This document shows, piece by piece, positions 1 through 12,000 of a DNA stretch of 64,000 bases. Positions within the stretch are counted from its first letter, which is position 1. The number at the start of each line of letters is the position of its first letter. The translations under genes were made by a program, and so were the position numbers. Source of the DNA: Mobula hypostoma (Eukaryota); the NCBI RefSeq assembly GCF_963921235.1, contig NC_086097.1, forward strand, positions 107,634,001-107,698,000, in the 5' to 3' direction. A model generated the notes under the pieces. The model searched no databases. It was given only the letters and a program-made list of their open reading frames with translations, and had not been told where the DNA came from.

Positions 1-3000
1 GACCAGGCCGGAGACCCGAGAACAGGCCGGAGACCCGAGGCGATGCCAGAGGCCGGAGTCCCGAGGCGAGGCCACAGGCCGGAGACCCGAGGCGAGGCCA
101 GAGGCCGGAGACCTGACGCCGGAAACCTGAGGCGAGGCCGGAGGCCGGAGACCTGAGGCGATGCCGGAGGCCGGAGACCTGAGGCGATGCTAGAGACCGG
201 AGACCTGAGGCCAGTGGCCTGAGACCTGAGGCAGGTGACCTGAGGCGATGCCGGAGACTGGAGACTTGAGGCGACGCCGGAGGCCAGAGACCTGAGGCAA
301 GGCCGGAGGCCGGAGACTTGAGGCGAGGCCAGTGGCCGGAGGCCGGAGGCCGGAGACTTGAGGCGAGGCCGGAGACATGAGGCCTGAGGCCAGAGACTTG
401 ATCCCAGAGACCTGAGGCCAGAGGCCAGAGGCTGGAAACCTGAGGCCAGAGACTTGAGGCCGGAGACCCAAGGCCAGAAGCTGGAGGCCGGAGACCTGAT
501 GCCAGAGCCCGGAGACCTGAGGCCGGTGTCCTGAGGCGAGGCCAGAGGCCAGAGACCTGAGGCGAGGCCGGAAGCCAGAGACCTGAGGCGAGGCCGGAGA
601 CTTGAGGCGAAGCTGGAGGCTGGAGGCCGGAAGCCAGAGACCTGAGGCGAGGCCGGAGACTTGAGGCGAAGCTGGAGGCTGGAGGCCGGAGACTTGAGGC
701 CAGGCCAGAGGCCGGAGACCTGAGGCCAGGCCCGAAGCCGGAGACCTGAGGCCAGGCCCGAGGCCGGAGACCTGAGGCCAGGCCTGAGGCCGGAGACCTG
801 AGACCAGGCCGGAAACCCGAGGCGATGCCAGAGGCCGGAGACCCGAGGCCGGAAGCCAGAGACCTGAGGCGAGGCCGGAGACTTGAGGCGAAGCTGGAGG
901 CCGGAGGCCGGAGACTTGAGGCCAGGCCAGAGGCCGGAGACCTGAGGCCAGGCCCGAGGCCGGAGACCTGAGGCCAGGCCCGAGGCTGGAGACCTGAGGC
1001 CAGGCCCGAGGCCGGGGACCTGAGACCAGGCCTGAGGCCGGAGACCTGAGGCCGGAGACCTGAGACCAGGCCGGAGACCCGAGAACAGGCCGGAGACCCG
1101 AGGCGATGCCAGAGGCCGGAGTCCCGAGGCGAGGCCACAGGCCGGAGACCCGAGGCGAGGCCAGAGGCCGGAGACCTGACGCCGGAAACCTGAGGCGAGG
1201 CCGGAGGCCGGAGACCCGAGGCGAGGTCCGAGGCCGGAGACCTGAGGCTAGAGACCGGAGACTGGAGACCTGAGGCCAGAGGCCGCAGACCTGATGCCAA
1301 AGGCCAGAGGTTGCAGACCTGAGGCCCGAGGCTGGAGACCGGAGACCAGAGGCCAGAGGCCAGAGGCTGGAGACTTGAGGCGACGCTGGAGGCCGGAGGC
1401 CGGAGACCTGAGGCCAGGTCCGAGGCTGGAGACCTGAGGCCAGGCCCGAGGCCGGTGACCTGAGGCCGGAGACCTGAGGCCAGGCCTGAGGCCGGAGTCC
1501 TGAGGCCAGGCCTGAGGACGGAGTCCTGAGGCCAGGCCTGAGGACAGAGACCTGAGACCAGGCCGGAGACCCGAGGCGATGCCAGAGGCCGGAGACCCGA
1601 GGCGAGGCCAGAGGCCGGAGACCTGAGACCGGAGACCTGAGGCGAGGGCGGAGACGTGAGGCGAGGCCGGAGGCCGGAGACCTGAGGCGATGCCGGAGGC
1701 CGGAGGCCGGAGACTTGAGGCGACGCCGGAGGCCAGAGACCAGAGACCTGAGGTGAGGCCGGAGGCCGGAGACCTGGGGCGATGCCAGAGGCCAGAGGCG
1801 GGAGACCTGAGGCGAGGCCGGAGGCCGGAGACCTGAGGCCAGAGGCCGGAGACCCGAGGCGAGGTCTGAGGCCGGAGACCCGAGGCGAGGTCCGAGGCCG
1901 GACACTGGAGACTTGAGGCCAGAGGCCGGAGACCTGATGCCAGAGGCCAGAGGTTGCAGACCTGAGACCAGAGACTGGAGACCTGAGACCAGAGGCCGGA
2001 GACCTGTGGCCGGTGACCTGAGGCGAGGCCCGAGGCCGGAGGCCGGAGACCAGAGACCAGAGGCCAGAGACCGGAGACCTGAGGCCGGTGTCCTGAGATG
2101 AGGCCCGAGGCCAGAGACCTGAAGCGAGGCCCGAGGCCGGAGACCGGAGACCAGAGGCCAGAGACCGGAGACCTGAGGCTGGAGACCTGAGGCCGGTGTC
2201 CTGAGGCGAGGCCGGAGGCCAGAGACCTGAGGCGAGGCCGGAGACTTGAGGCCAGGCCAGAGGCCGGAGACCTGAGGCCAGGCCCGAGGCCGGTGACCTG
2301 AGGCCGGAGACCTGAGACCAGGCCTGAGGCCGGAGACCTGAGGCCAACCCTGAGGCTGGAGAACTGAGACCAGGCCGGAGACCCGAGGCGATGCCAGAGG
2401 CCGGAGACCCAAGGCGAGGCCAGAGGCCGGAGACCTGAGGTGAGGCCGGAGGCCGGAGACCTGAGGCCAGAGGCCGGAGACCCGAGGCGAGATCTGAGGC
2501 CGGAGACCCGAGGCGAGGTCCGAGGCCGGAGACCCGAGGCGAGGTCCGAGGCCGGAGACTGGAGACCTGAGGCCAGAGGCCGGAGACCTGATGCCAGAGG
2601 CCAGAGGTTGCAGACCTGAGGCCAGAGGCTGGAGACCTGAGACCAGAGGTCGGAGACCTGAGGCGAGGCCCGAGGCCGGAGACCGGAGACAAGAGGCCAG
2701 AGGCCGGAGACCTGAGGCCGGTGACCTGAGGTGAGGCCCGAGGCCGGAGACCGGAGACCAGAGGCCAGAGACCGGAGACCTGAGGCCGGAGACCTGAGGC
2801 CGGTGTCCTGAGACGAGGCCCGAGGCCGGAGACCTGAGGCAAGGCCCGAGGCCGGAGACCGGAGACCAGAGGCCAGAGAGCGGAGACCTGAGGCCGGAGA
2901 CCTGAGGCCGGTGTACTGAGACGAGGCCCAAGGCCGGAGACCTGAGGCAAGGCCCGAGGCTGGAGACCGGAGACCAGAGGCCAGAGACCGGAGACCTGAG

Positions 3001-6000
3001 GCCGGAGACCTGAGGCCGGTGTCCTGAGGTGAGGCCGGAGGCCAGAGACCTGAGGCGAGGCCGGAGACTTGAGGCGAAGCTGGAGGCCGGAGGCCGGAGA
3101 CTTGAGGCGATGCCGGTGGCCGGAGACCAGAGGCCAGAGGCCAGAGGCCAGAGACCTGAGGCCGGAGACTTGAGGCAAGGCCAGAGGCCGGAGACCCAAG
3201 GCGAAGCCAGAGGCCGGAGACCCGAGGCGAGGCCAGAGGCCGGAGACCTGAGGCGAGGCCGGAGGCCGGAGGCCGGAGACCGGAGACCAGAGGCCAGAGA
3301 CCGGAGACCTGAGGCCGGTGTCCTGAGATGAGGCCCGAGGCCGGAGACCTGAAGCGAGGCCCGAGGCCGGAGACCGGAGACCAGAGGCCAGAGACCGGAG
3401 ACCTGAGGCTGGAGACCTGAGGCCGGTGTCCTGAGGCGAGGCCGGAGGCCAGAGACCTGAGGCGAGGCCGGAGACTTGAGGCCAGGCCAGAGGCCGGAGA
3501 CCTGAGGCCAGGCCCGAGGCCGGTGACCTGAGGCCGGAGACCTGAGACCAGGCCTGAGGCCGGAGACCTGAGGCCAACCCTGAGGCTGGAGAACTGAGAC
3601 CAGGCCGGAGACCCGAGGCGATGCCAGAGGCCGGAGACCCAAGGCGAGGCCAGAGGCCGGAGACCTGAGGTGAGGCCGGAGGCCGGAGACCTGAGGCCAG
3701 AGGCCGGAGACCCGAGGCGAGATCTGAGGCCGGAGACCCGAGGCGAGGTCCGAGGCCGGAGACCCGAGGCGAGGTCCGAGGCCGGAGACTGGAGACCTGA
3801 GGCCAGAGGCCGGAGACCTGATGCCAGAGGCCAGAGGTTGCAGACCTGAGGCCAGAGGCTGGAGACCTGAGACCAGAGGTCGGAGACCTGAGGCGAGGCC
3901 CGAGGCCGGAGACCGGAGACAAGAGGCCAGAGGCCGGAGACCTGAGGCCGGTGACCTGAGGTGAGGCCCGAGGCCGGAGACCGGAGACAAGAGGCCAGAG
4001 GCCGGAGACCTGAGGCCGGTGACCTGAGGTGAGGCCCGAGGCCGGAGACCGGAGACCAGAGGCCAGAGACCGGAGACCTGAGGCCGGAGACCTGAGGCCG
4101 GTGTCCTGAGACGAGGCCCGAGGCCGGAGACCTGAGGCAAGGCCCGAGGCCGGAGACCGGAGACCAGAGGCCAGAGAGCGGAGACCTGAGGCCGGTGTAC
4201 TGAGACGAGGCCCAAGGCCGGAGACCTGAGGCAAGGCCCGAGGCCGGAGACCGGAGACCAGAGGCCAGAGACCGGAGACCTGAGGCCGGAGACCTGAGGC
4301 CGGTGTCCTGAGGTGAGGCCGGAGGCCAGAGACCTGAGGCGAGGCCGGAGACTTGAGGCGAAGCTGGAGGCCGGAGGCCGGAGACTTGAGGCGATGCCGG
4401 TGGCCGGAGACCAGAGGCCAGAGGCCAGAGGCCAGAGACCTGAGGCCGGAGACTTGAGGCAAGGCCAGAGGCCGGAGACCCAAGGCGAAGCCAGAGGCCG
4501 GAGACCCGAGGCGAGGCCAGAGGCCGGAGACCTGAGGCCGGAGACCTGAGGCGAGGCCGGAGGCCGGAGACCTGAGGCGATGCCGGAGGCCGGAGACCTG
4601 AGGCGATGCTAGAGGGCGGAGACCTGAGGCCAGTGGTCCGAGACCTGAGGCGGGTGACCTGAGGCGAGGCCGGAGGCCGGAGACTTGAGGCGAGGCTAGT
4701 GGCCGGTGGACGGAGAATTGAGTCGAGGCCTGAGGCCGGAGGCCGGAGACTTGAGGCGACGCCGGAGGCCAGAGACCAGAGACCTGAGGCGAGGCCGGAG
4801 GCCGGAGACCTGAGGCGATGCCAGAGGCCAGAGGCCGGAGACCTGAGGCGAGGCCGGAGGCCGGAGACCTGAGGCCAGAGGCCGGAGACCCGAGGCGAGG
4901 TCCGAGGCCGGAGACCCGAGGCCGGTGACCTGAGGCGAGGCGGGAGACTTGAGGCGAAGCTGGAGGCCGGAGACTTGAGGCAAGGCCAGAGGCCGGAGAC
5001 CTGAGGCCAGGCCCGAGGCTGGAGACCTGAGGCCAGGCCCGAGGCCGGTGAACTGAGGCCAGGGAACTGAGACCAGGCCTGAGGCCGGAGACCTGAGGCC
5101 AGGCCTGAGGCCGGAGACCTGAGGCCAGGCCTGAGGCCAGGCCTGAGGCCGGAGACCTGAGACCAGGCCGGAGACCCGAGGCGATGCCAGAGGCCGGAGA
5201 CCCGAGGCGAGGCCAGAGGCCGGAGACCCGAGGCGAGGCCAGAGGCCGGAGACCTGAGGCGAGGCCAGAGGCCGGAGACCTGAGGTCGGAAAACTGAGGC
5301 GAGGCCGGAGATGTGAGGCGAGGCCGGAGGCCGGAGACCTGAGGCGATGCCGGAGGCCGGAGAACTGAGGCCAGAGGCCAGAGGCCTGAGACCTGAGGCT
5401 GGTGACCTGAGGCGATGCCGGAGGCCGGAGACTTGAGGCGAGCCGGTGGCCGGAGGCCGGAGACCAGAGGCGACGCCGGAGGCCGGAGACCCGAGGTGGG
5501 GCCAGAGGCTGGAGACCCGAGGCGGGGCCAGAGGCCGGAGACCCGAGGCGAGGTCCGAGGCCGGAGACCCGAGGCGAGGTCCGAGGCCGGAGACCCGATG
5601 CAAGGTCCGAGGCCGGAGACCCGAGGCCGGAGACCTGAGGCTAGAGACCGGAGACTGGAGACCTGAAGCCAGAGGCCGCAGACCTGATGCCAGAGGCCAG
5701 AGGTTGCAGACCTGAGGCCCGAGGCCGGAGACGGGAGACCAGAGGCCAGAGACCTGAGTCCGGTGACCTGAGGCGAGGCCGGAGACTTGAGGCGAAGCTG
5801 GAGGCCGGAGGAAGGAGACTTGAGGCAAGGCCAGAGGCCGGAGACTTGAGGCGAAGCTGGAGGCCGGAGGCCGGAGACTTGAGGCAAGGCCAGAGGCCCG
5901 AGACCTGAGGCCAGGCCCGAGGCTGGAGACCTGAGGCCAGGCCCGAGGCCGGTGACCTGAGGCCGGAGACCTGAGGCCAGGCCTGAGGCCGGTGACCTGA

Positions 6001-9000
6001 GACCAGGCCGTAGACCCGAGGCAATGCCAGAGGCCGGAGACCCGAGGCGAAGCCAGAGGCCGGAGACCCGAGGCGAGGCCAGAGGCCGCTGAGGCGAGGC
6101 CGGAGACGTGAGGTGAGGCCGGAGGCCGGAGACCTGAGGCGATGCTAGAGGCCGGAGACCTGAGGCCAGTGGTCTGAGACCTGAGGCGGGTGACCTGAGG
6201 CAAGGCCGGAGGCCGGAGACTTGAGGCGACGCCGGAGGCCAGAGACCAGAGACCTGAGGCGATGCCAGAGGCCAGAGGCTGGAGACCTGAGGCGATGCCA
6301 GAGGCCAGAGGCCGGAGACCTGAGGCGAGGCCGGAGGCCGGAGACCTGAGGCCAGAGCCCGGAGACCCGAGGCGAGGTCCGAGGCCGGAGACCCGAGGCG
6401 AGGTCCGAGGCCGGAGACCCGAGGCGAGGTCCGAGGCTGGAGACCCGAGGCGAGGTCCGAGGCCGGAGACTGGAGACCTGAGGCCAGAGGCCGGAGACCT
6501 GATGCCAGAGGCCAGAGGTTGCAGACCTGAGGCCAGAGGCTGGAGACCTGAGACCAGAGGCCGGAGACCTGAGGCGAGGCCCGAGGCCGGAGACCGGAGA
6601 CAAGAGGCCAGAAGCCAGAGGCCGGAGACCTGAGGCCGGTGACCTGAGGCGAGGCGGGAGACTTGAGGCGAAGCTGGAGGCCGGAGACTTGAGGCAAGGC
6701 CAGAGGCCGGAGACCTGAGGCCAGGCCCGAGGCTGAAGACCTGAGGCCAGGCCCGAGGCCGGTGAACTGAGGCCGGGGACCTGAGACCAGGCCTGAGGCC
6801 GGAGACCTGAGGCTGGTGACCTGAGGCGATGCCGGAGGCCGGAGACTTGAGGCGACGCCGGAGGCCGGAGACTTGAGGCGAGCCGGTGGCCGGAGGCCGG
6901 AGATCAGAGGCCAGAGGCCAGAGGCCGGAGACCTGAGGCGAGGCCGGAGGCCGGAGACCTGAGGTCCGAGGCCGGAGACCCGAGGCGAGGTCCGAGGCCA
7001 GAGACTGGAGACCTGAGGCCAGAGGCCGGAGACCTGATGCCAGAGGCCAGAGGTTGCAGACCTGAGACCAGAGGCTGGAGACCTGAGACCAGAGGCCAGA
7101 GACCTGAGGCAAGGCCCGAGGCCGGAGACCGGAGACAAGAGGCCAGAGGCCAGAGGCCGGAGACCTGAGGCCGGTGACCTGAAGCGAGGCGGGAGACTTG
7201 AGGCGAAGCTGGAGGCCGGAGACTTGAGGCAAGGCCAGAGGCCGGATACCTGAGGCCAGGCCCGAGGCTGGAGACCTGAGGCCAGGCCCGAGGCCGGTGA
7301 ACTGAGGCCTGGGACCTGAGACCAGGCCTGAGGCCGGAGATCTGAGGCCAGGCCTGAGGCCGGAGACCTGAGACCAGGCCGGAGACCCGAGGCGATGCCA
7401 GAGGCCGGAGACCCGAGGCGAGGCCGGAGGCCGGAGACCTGAGGTCGGAAACCTGAGGCGAGGCCGGAGACCTGAGGCGATGCCGGAAGCCGGAGACCTG
7501 AGGCCAGGCCAGAAACCCGAGGCGATGCCGGAGGCCAGAGACCTGAGGCCAGAGGCCAGAGGCCTGAGACCTGAGGCTGGTGACCTGAGGCGATGCCGGA
7601 GACCGGAGATTTGAGGCGACGCCGGAGGCCGGAGACTTGAGGCGAGCCGGTGGCCGGAGGCCGGAGACCCGAGGCGGGGCCAGAGGCCGGAGACCCGAGG
7701 CGAGGTCCGAGGCCGGAGACCCGAGGCGAGGTCCGAGGCCAGAGACCCGAGGCGAGGTCCGAGGCCGGAGACCCGAGGCGAGGTCCGATGCCGGAGACCT
7801 GAGGCTAGAGACCGGAGACTGGAGACCTGAGGCCAGAGGCCGCAGACCTGATGCCAGAGGCCAGAGGTTGCAGACCTGAGGCCCGAGGCCGGAGACCGGA
7901 GACCAGAGGCCAGAGGCCAGAGGCCAGAGACCTGAGTCCGGTGACCTGAGGCGAGGCCGGAGACTTGAGGCGAAGCTGGAGGCCGGAGGAAGGAGACTTG
8001 AGGCAAGGTCAGAGGCCGGAGACTTGAGGCGAGGCCAGTGGCCGGAGGACGGAGACTTGAGGCGAGGCCGGAGGCCGGAGACCTGAGGCGATGCCAGAGG
8101 CCAGAGGCCGGAGACCTGAGGCCAGAGGCCGGAGACCCGAGGCGAGGTCCGAGGCCGGAGACCCGAGGCGAGGTCCGAGGCCGGAGACTTGAGGCAAGGC
8201 CGGAGGCCGGAGGCCGGAGACCTGAGGCGAGGCCGGTGGCCGGAGGCCGGAGACCTGAGGTGAGGCCGGTGGCCGGAGGCCGGAGACATGAGGCCGGAGA
8301 CTTGAGGCCGGAGGCCGGAGACCTGAGGCGAGGCCGGAGACCTGAGGCGAGGCCAGAGACCTGAGGCCAGAGACTTGAGGCATGGCTGGAGGCTGGAGGC
8401 TGGAGACTTGAGGCGAGGCCGGAGACCTGAGGCGAGGCCGGAGGCCTGAGGCCAGAGACCTGACGCCAGAGGCCGGAGACCTGAGGTTAGAGACTTGAGG
8501 CCAGAGACCTGAGGCCAGAGGCCAGAGGCCAGATTCCAGAGGCCTGAGACCTGAGTCCACAGGCTGGAGACCTGAGGCCTGAGGCCAGAGGCCAGATTCC
8601 AGAGGCCTGAGACCTGAGTCCAGAGGCTGGAGACCTGAGGCCTGAGGCCAGAGGCCGGAGACCTGAGGCCAGAGGCCGGAGACCTGAGGCCTGAGGCCAG
8701 AGGCCGGAGCCCTGAGGCGATGCCAGAGGCCAAAGGCCGGAGACCTGAGACTTGAGGCAAGGCCGGAGGCCTGAGGCGAGTTCGGAGACCTGAGACCCGA
8801 GGCGAAGCTGGAGGCTGGAGGCAGGAGTCTTGAGGTGAGGCTGGTGGCCGGAGGCCGGAGACTTGAGGCGAGACCGGAGACCTGAAGCCAGAGGCCGGAG
8901 ACCTGAGGCGAGGCCCGAAGCCGGAGACCTGAGGCGAGGCCCGAAGCCGGAGACCTGAGGCGAGGCCCAAGGCCGGAGACCTGAGACCTGAGGCGAGGCC

Positions 9001-12000
9001 GGAGACCTGAGGCCAGAGACCCGATGCGATGCCAGAGGCCGGAGACCCGAGGTGAGGCCAGAGGCCGGAGACCTGAGGCCGGAGACTTGAGGCGATGCCG
9101 GAGGCCGGAGATCTGAGGTGAGGCCCGAGGCTGGAGACTTGAGGCGAGGCCCGAGGCCGGAGACCCGAGGCGATGCCGGAGGCCGGAGGCCCGAGGCGAG
9201 GCCGGAGGCCGGAGACCTGAGGCTGGAGACCGGAGACTGGAGACCTGAGGCCAGAGGCCGGAGACCTGATGCCAGAGGCCGGAGACCTGTGACCAGAGGC
9301 TGGAGACCTGAGGCCAGAGGCCAAAGGTTGCAGCCCTGAGGCCAGAGGCTGGAGACCTGAGACCAGAGGCCGGAGACCTGAGGCGAGGCCCGAGGCCGGA
9401 GACCTGAGGCGAGGCCCGAGGCCGGAGACCGGAGACCAGAGGCCAGAGGCCGGAGACCTGAGGCCGGAGACCTGAGGCCGGTGTCCTGAGGTGAGGCCGG
9501 AGGCCAGAGACCTGAGGCGAGGCCGGAGACTTGAGGCGAAGCTGGAGGCCGGAGGCCGGAGACTTGAGGCCAGGCCAGAGGCCGGAGACCTGAGGCCATG
9601 CCCGAGGCCGGAGACCCGAGGCCAGGCCCGAGGCCGGAGACCCGAGGCGAGGCCAGAGGCCGGAGACCCGAGGCGAGGCCGGAGACCTGAGACGATGCCG
9701 GAGACCGGAGACCTAAGGCCAGAGGCCAGAGGCCTGAGACCTGAGGCTGGTGACCTGAGGCGATGCCGGAGGCCGGAGACTTGAGGCGACGCCGGAGGCC
9801 GGAGACTTGAGGCGAGCCGGTGGCCGGAGGCCGGAGACTTGAGGCAAGGCCGGAGGCCGGAGGCCGGAGACCTGAGGCGAGGCCGGTGGCCGGAGGCCGG
9901 AGACCTGAGGTGAGGCCGGTGGCCGGAGGCCGGAGACATGAGGCCGGAGACTTGAGGCCGGAGGCCGGAGACCTGAGGCGAGGCCCGAGGCCGGAGGCCA
10001 GAGGCGAGGCCCGAGGCCGGAGGCCCGAGGCGAGGCCGGAGGCCGGAGACCTGAGGCTAGAGACCGGAGACTGGAGACCTGAGGCCAGAGGCCGGAGACC
10101 TGATGCCAGAGGCCGGAGACCTGTGACCAGAGGCTGGAGACCTGAGGCCAGAGGCCAAAGGTTGCAGCCCTGAGGCCAGAGGCTGGAGACCTGAGACCAG
10201 AGGCCGGAGACCTGAGGCGAGGCCCGAGGCCGGAGACCGGAGACCAGAGGCCAGAGGCCGGACACCTGAGGCCGGAGACCTGAGGCCGGTGTCCTGAGGT
10301 GAGGCCGGAGGCCAGAGACCTGAGGCGAGGCCGGAGACTTGAGGCGAAGCTGGAGGCCGGAGGCCGGAGACTTGAGGCCAGGCCAGAGGCCGGAGACCTG
10401 AGGCCAGGCCCGAGGCCGGAGACCCGAGGCCAGGCCCGAGGCCGGAGACCCGAGGCGAGGCCAGAGGCCGGAGACCCGAGGCGAGGCCGGAGACCTGAGA
10501 CGATGCCGGAGGCCGGAGACCTAAGGCCAGAGGCCAGAGGCCTGAGACCTGAGGCTGGTGACCTGAGGCGATGCCGGAGGCCGGAGACTTGAGGCGACGC
10601 CGGAGGCCGGAGACTTGAGGTGAGCCGGTGGCCGGAGGCCGGAGACTTGAGGCAAGGCCGGAGGCCGGAGGCCGGAGACCTGAGGCGAGGCCGGTGGCCG
10701 GAGGCCGGAGACCTGAGGCGAGGCCGGTGGCCGGAGGCCGGAGACCTGAGGTGAGGCCGGTGGCCGGAGGCCGGAGACATGAGGCCGGAGACTTGAGGCC
10801 GGAGGCCGGAGACCTGAGGCGAGGCCCGAGGCCGGAGGCCAGAGGCGAGGCCCGAGGCCGGAGGCCAGAGGCGAGGCCTGAGACCGGAGACCTGAGGCCG
10901 GAGACCTGAGGCGAGGCCGGTGGCCGGAGACCTGAGGCGAGGCCCGAGGCCGGAGGCCGGAGACCTGAGGCGAGGCCCGAGGCCGGAGGCCGGAGGCCTG
11001 AGGCGAGGCCCGAGGCCGGAGACCTGAGCCGAGGCCCGAGGCCGGAGGCCAGAGGTGAGGCCCGAGGCCGGAGACCTGAGGCCGGAGGCTGGAGACCTGA
11101 GGCGAGGCCGGTGGCCGGTGGCCGGAGACCTGAGGCGAGTCCGGTGGCCGGAGACCTGAGGTGAGGCCGGTGGCCGGAGGCCGGAGACCTGAGGCGAGGA
11201 TGGTGGCCGGAGGCCGGAGACCTGAGGCGAGGCTGGTGGCCGGAGGCCGGAGACCTGAGGCCGGAGACCTGAGGCGAAGCTGGAGGCCAGAGGCCGGAGA
11301 CTTGAGGCGAGGCTGGAGGCCGGAGTCCTGAGGCGAAGCTGGAGGCCGGAGACCTGAGGCTAGAGACCGGAGACTGGAGACCTGAGGCCAGAGGCCGGAG
11401 ACCTGATGCCAGAGGCCGGAGACCTGTGACCAGAGGCTGGAGACCTGAGGCCAGAGGCCAAAGGTTGCAGCCCTGAGGCCAGAGGCTGGAGACCTGAGAC
11501 CAGAGGCCGGAGACCTGAGGCGAGGCCCGAGGCCGGAGACCTGAGGCGAGGCCCGAGGCCGGAGACCGGAGACCAGAGGCCAGAGGCCGGAGACCTGAGG
11601 CCGGAGACCTGAGGCCGGTGTCCTGAGGTGAGGCCGGAGGCCAGAGACCTGAGGCGAGGCCGGAGACTTGAGGCGAAGCTGGAGGCCGGAGGCCGGAGAC
11701 TTGAGGCCAGGCCAGAGGCCGGAGACCTGAGGCCATGCCCGAGGCCGGAGACCCGAGGCCAGGCCCGAGGCCGGAGACCCGAGGCGAGGCCAGAGGCCGG
11801 AGACCCGAGGCGAGGCCGGAGACCTGAGACGATGCCGGAGACCGGAGACCTAAGGCCAGAGGCCAGAGGCCTGAGACCTGAGGCTGGTGACCTGAGGCGA
11901 TGCCGGAGGCCGGAGACTTGAGGCGACGCCGGAGGCCGGAGACTTGAGGCGAGCCGGTGGCCGGAGGCCGGAGACTTGAGGCAAGGCCGGAGGCCGGAGG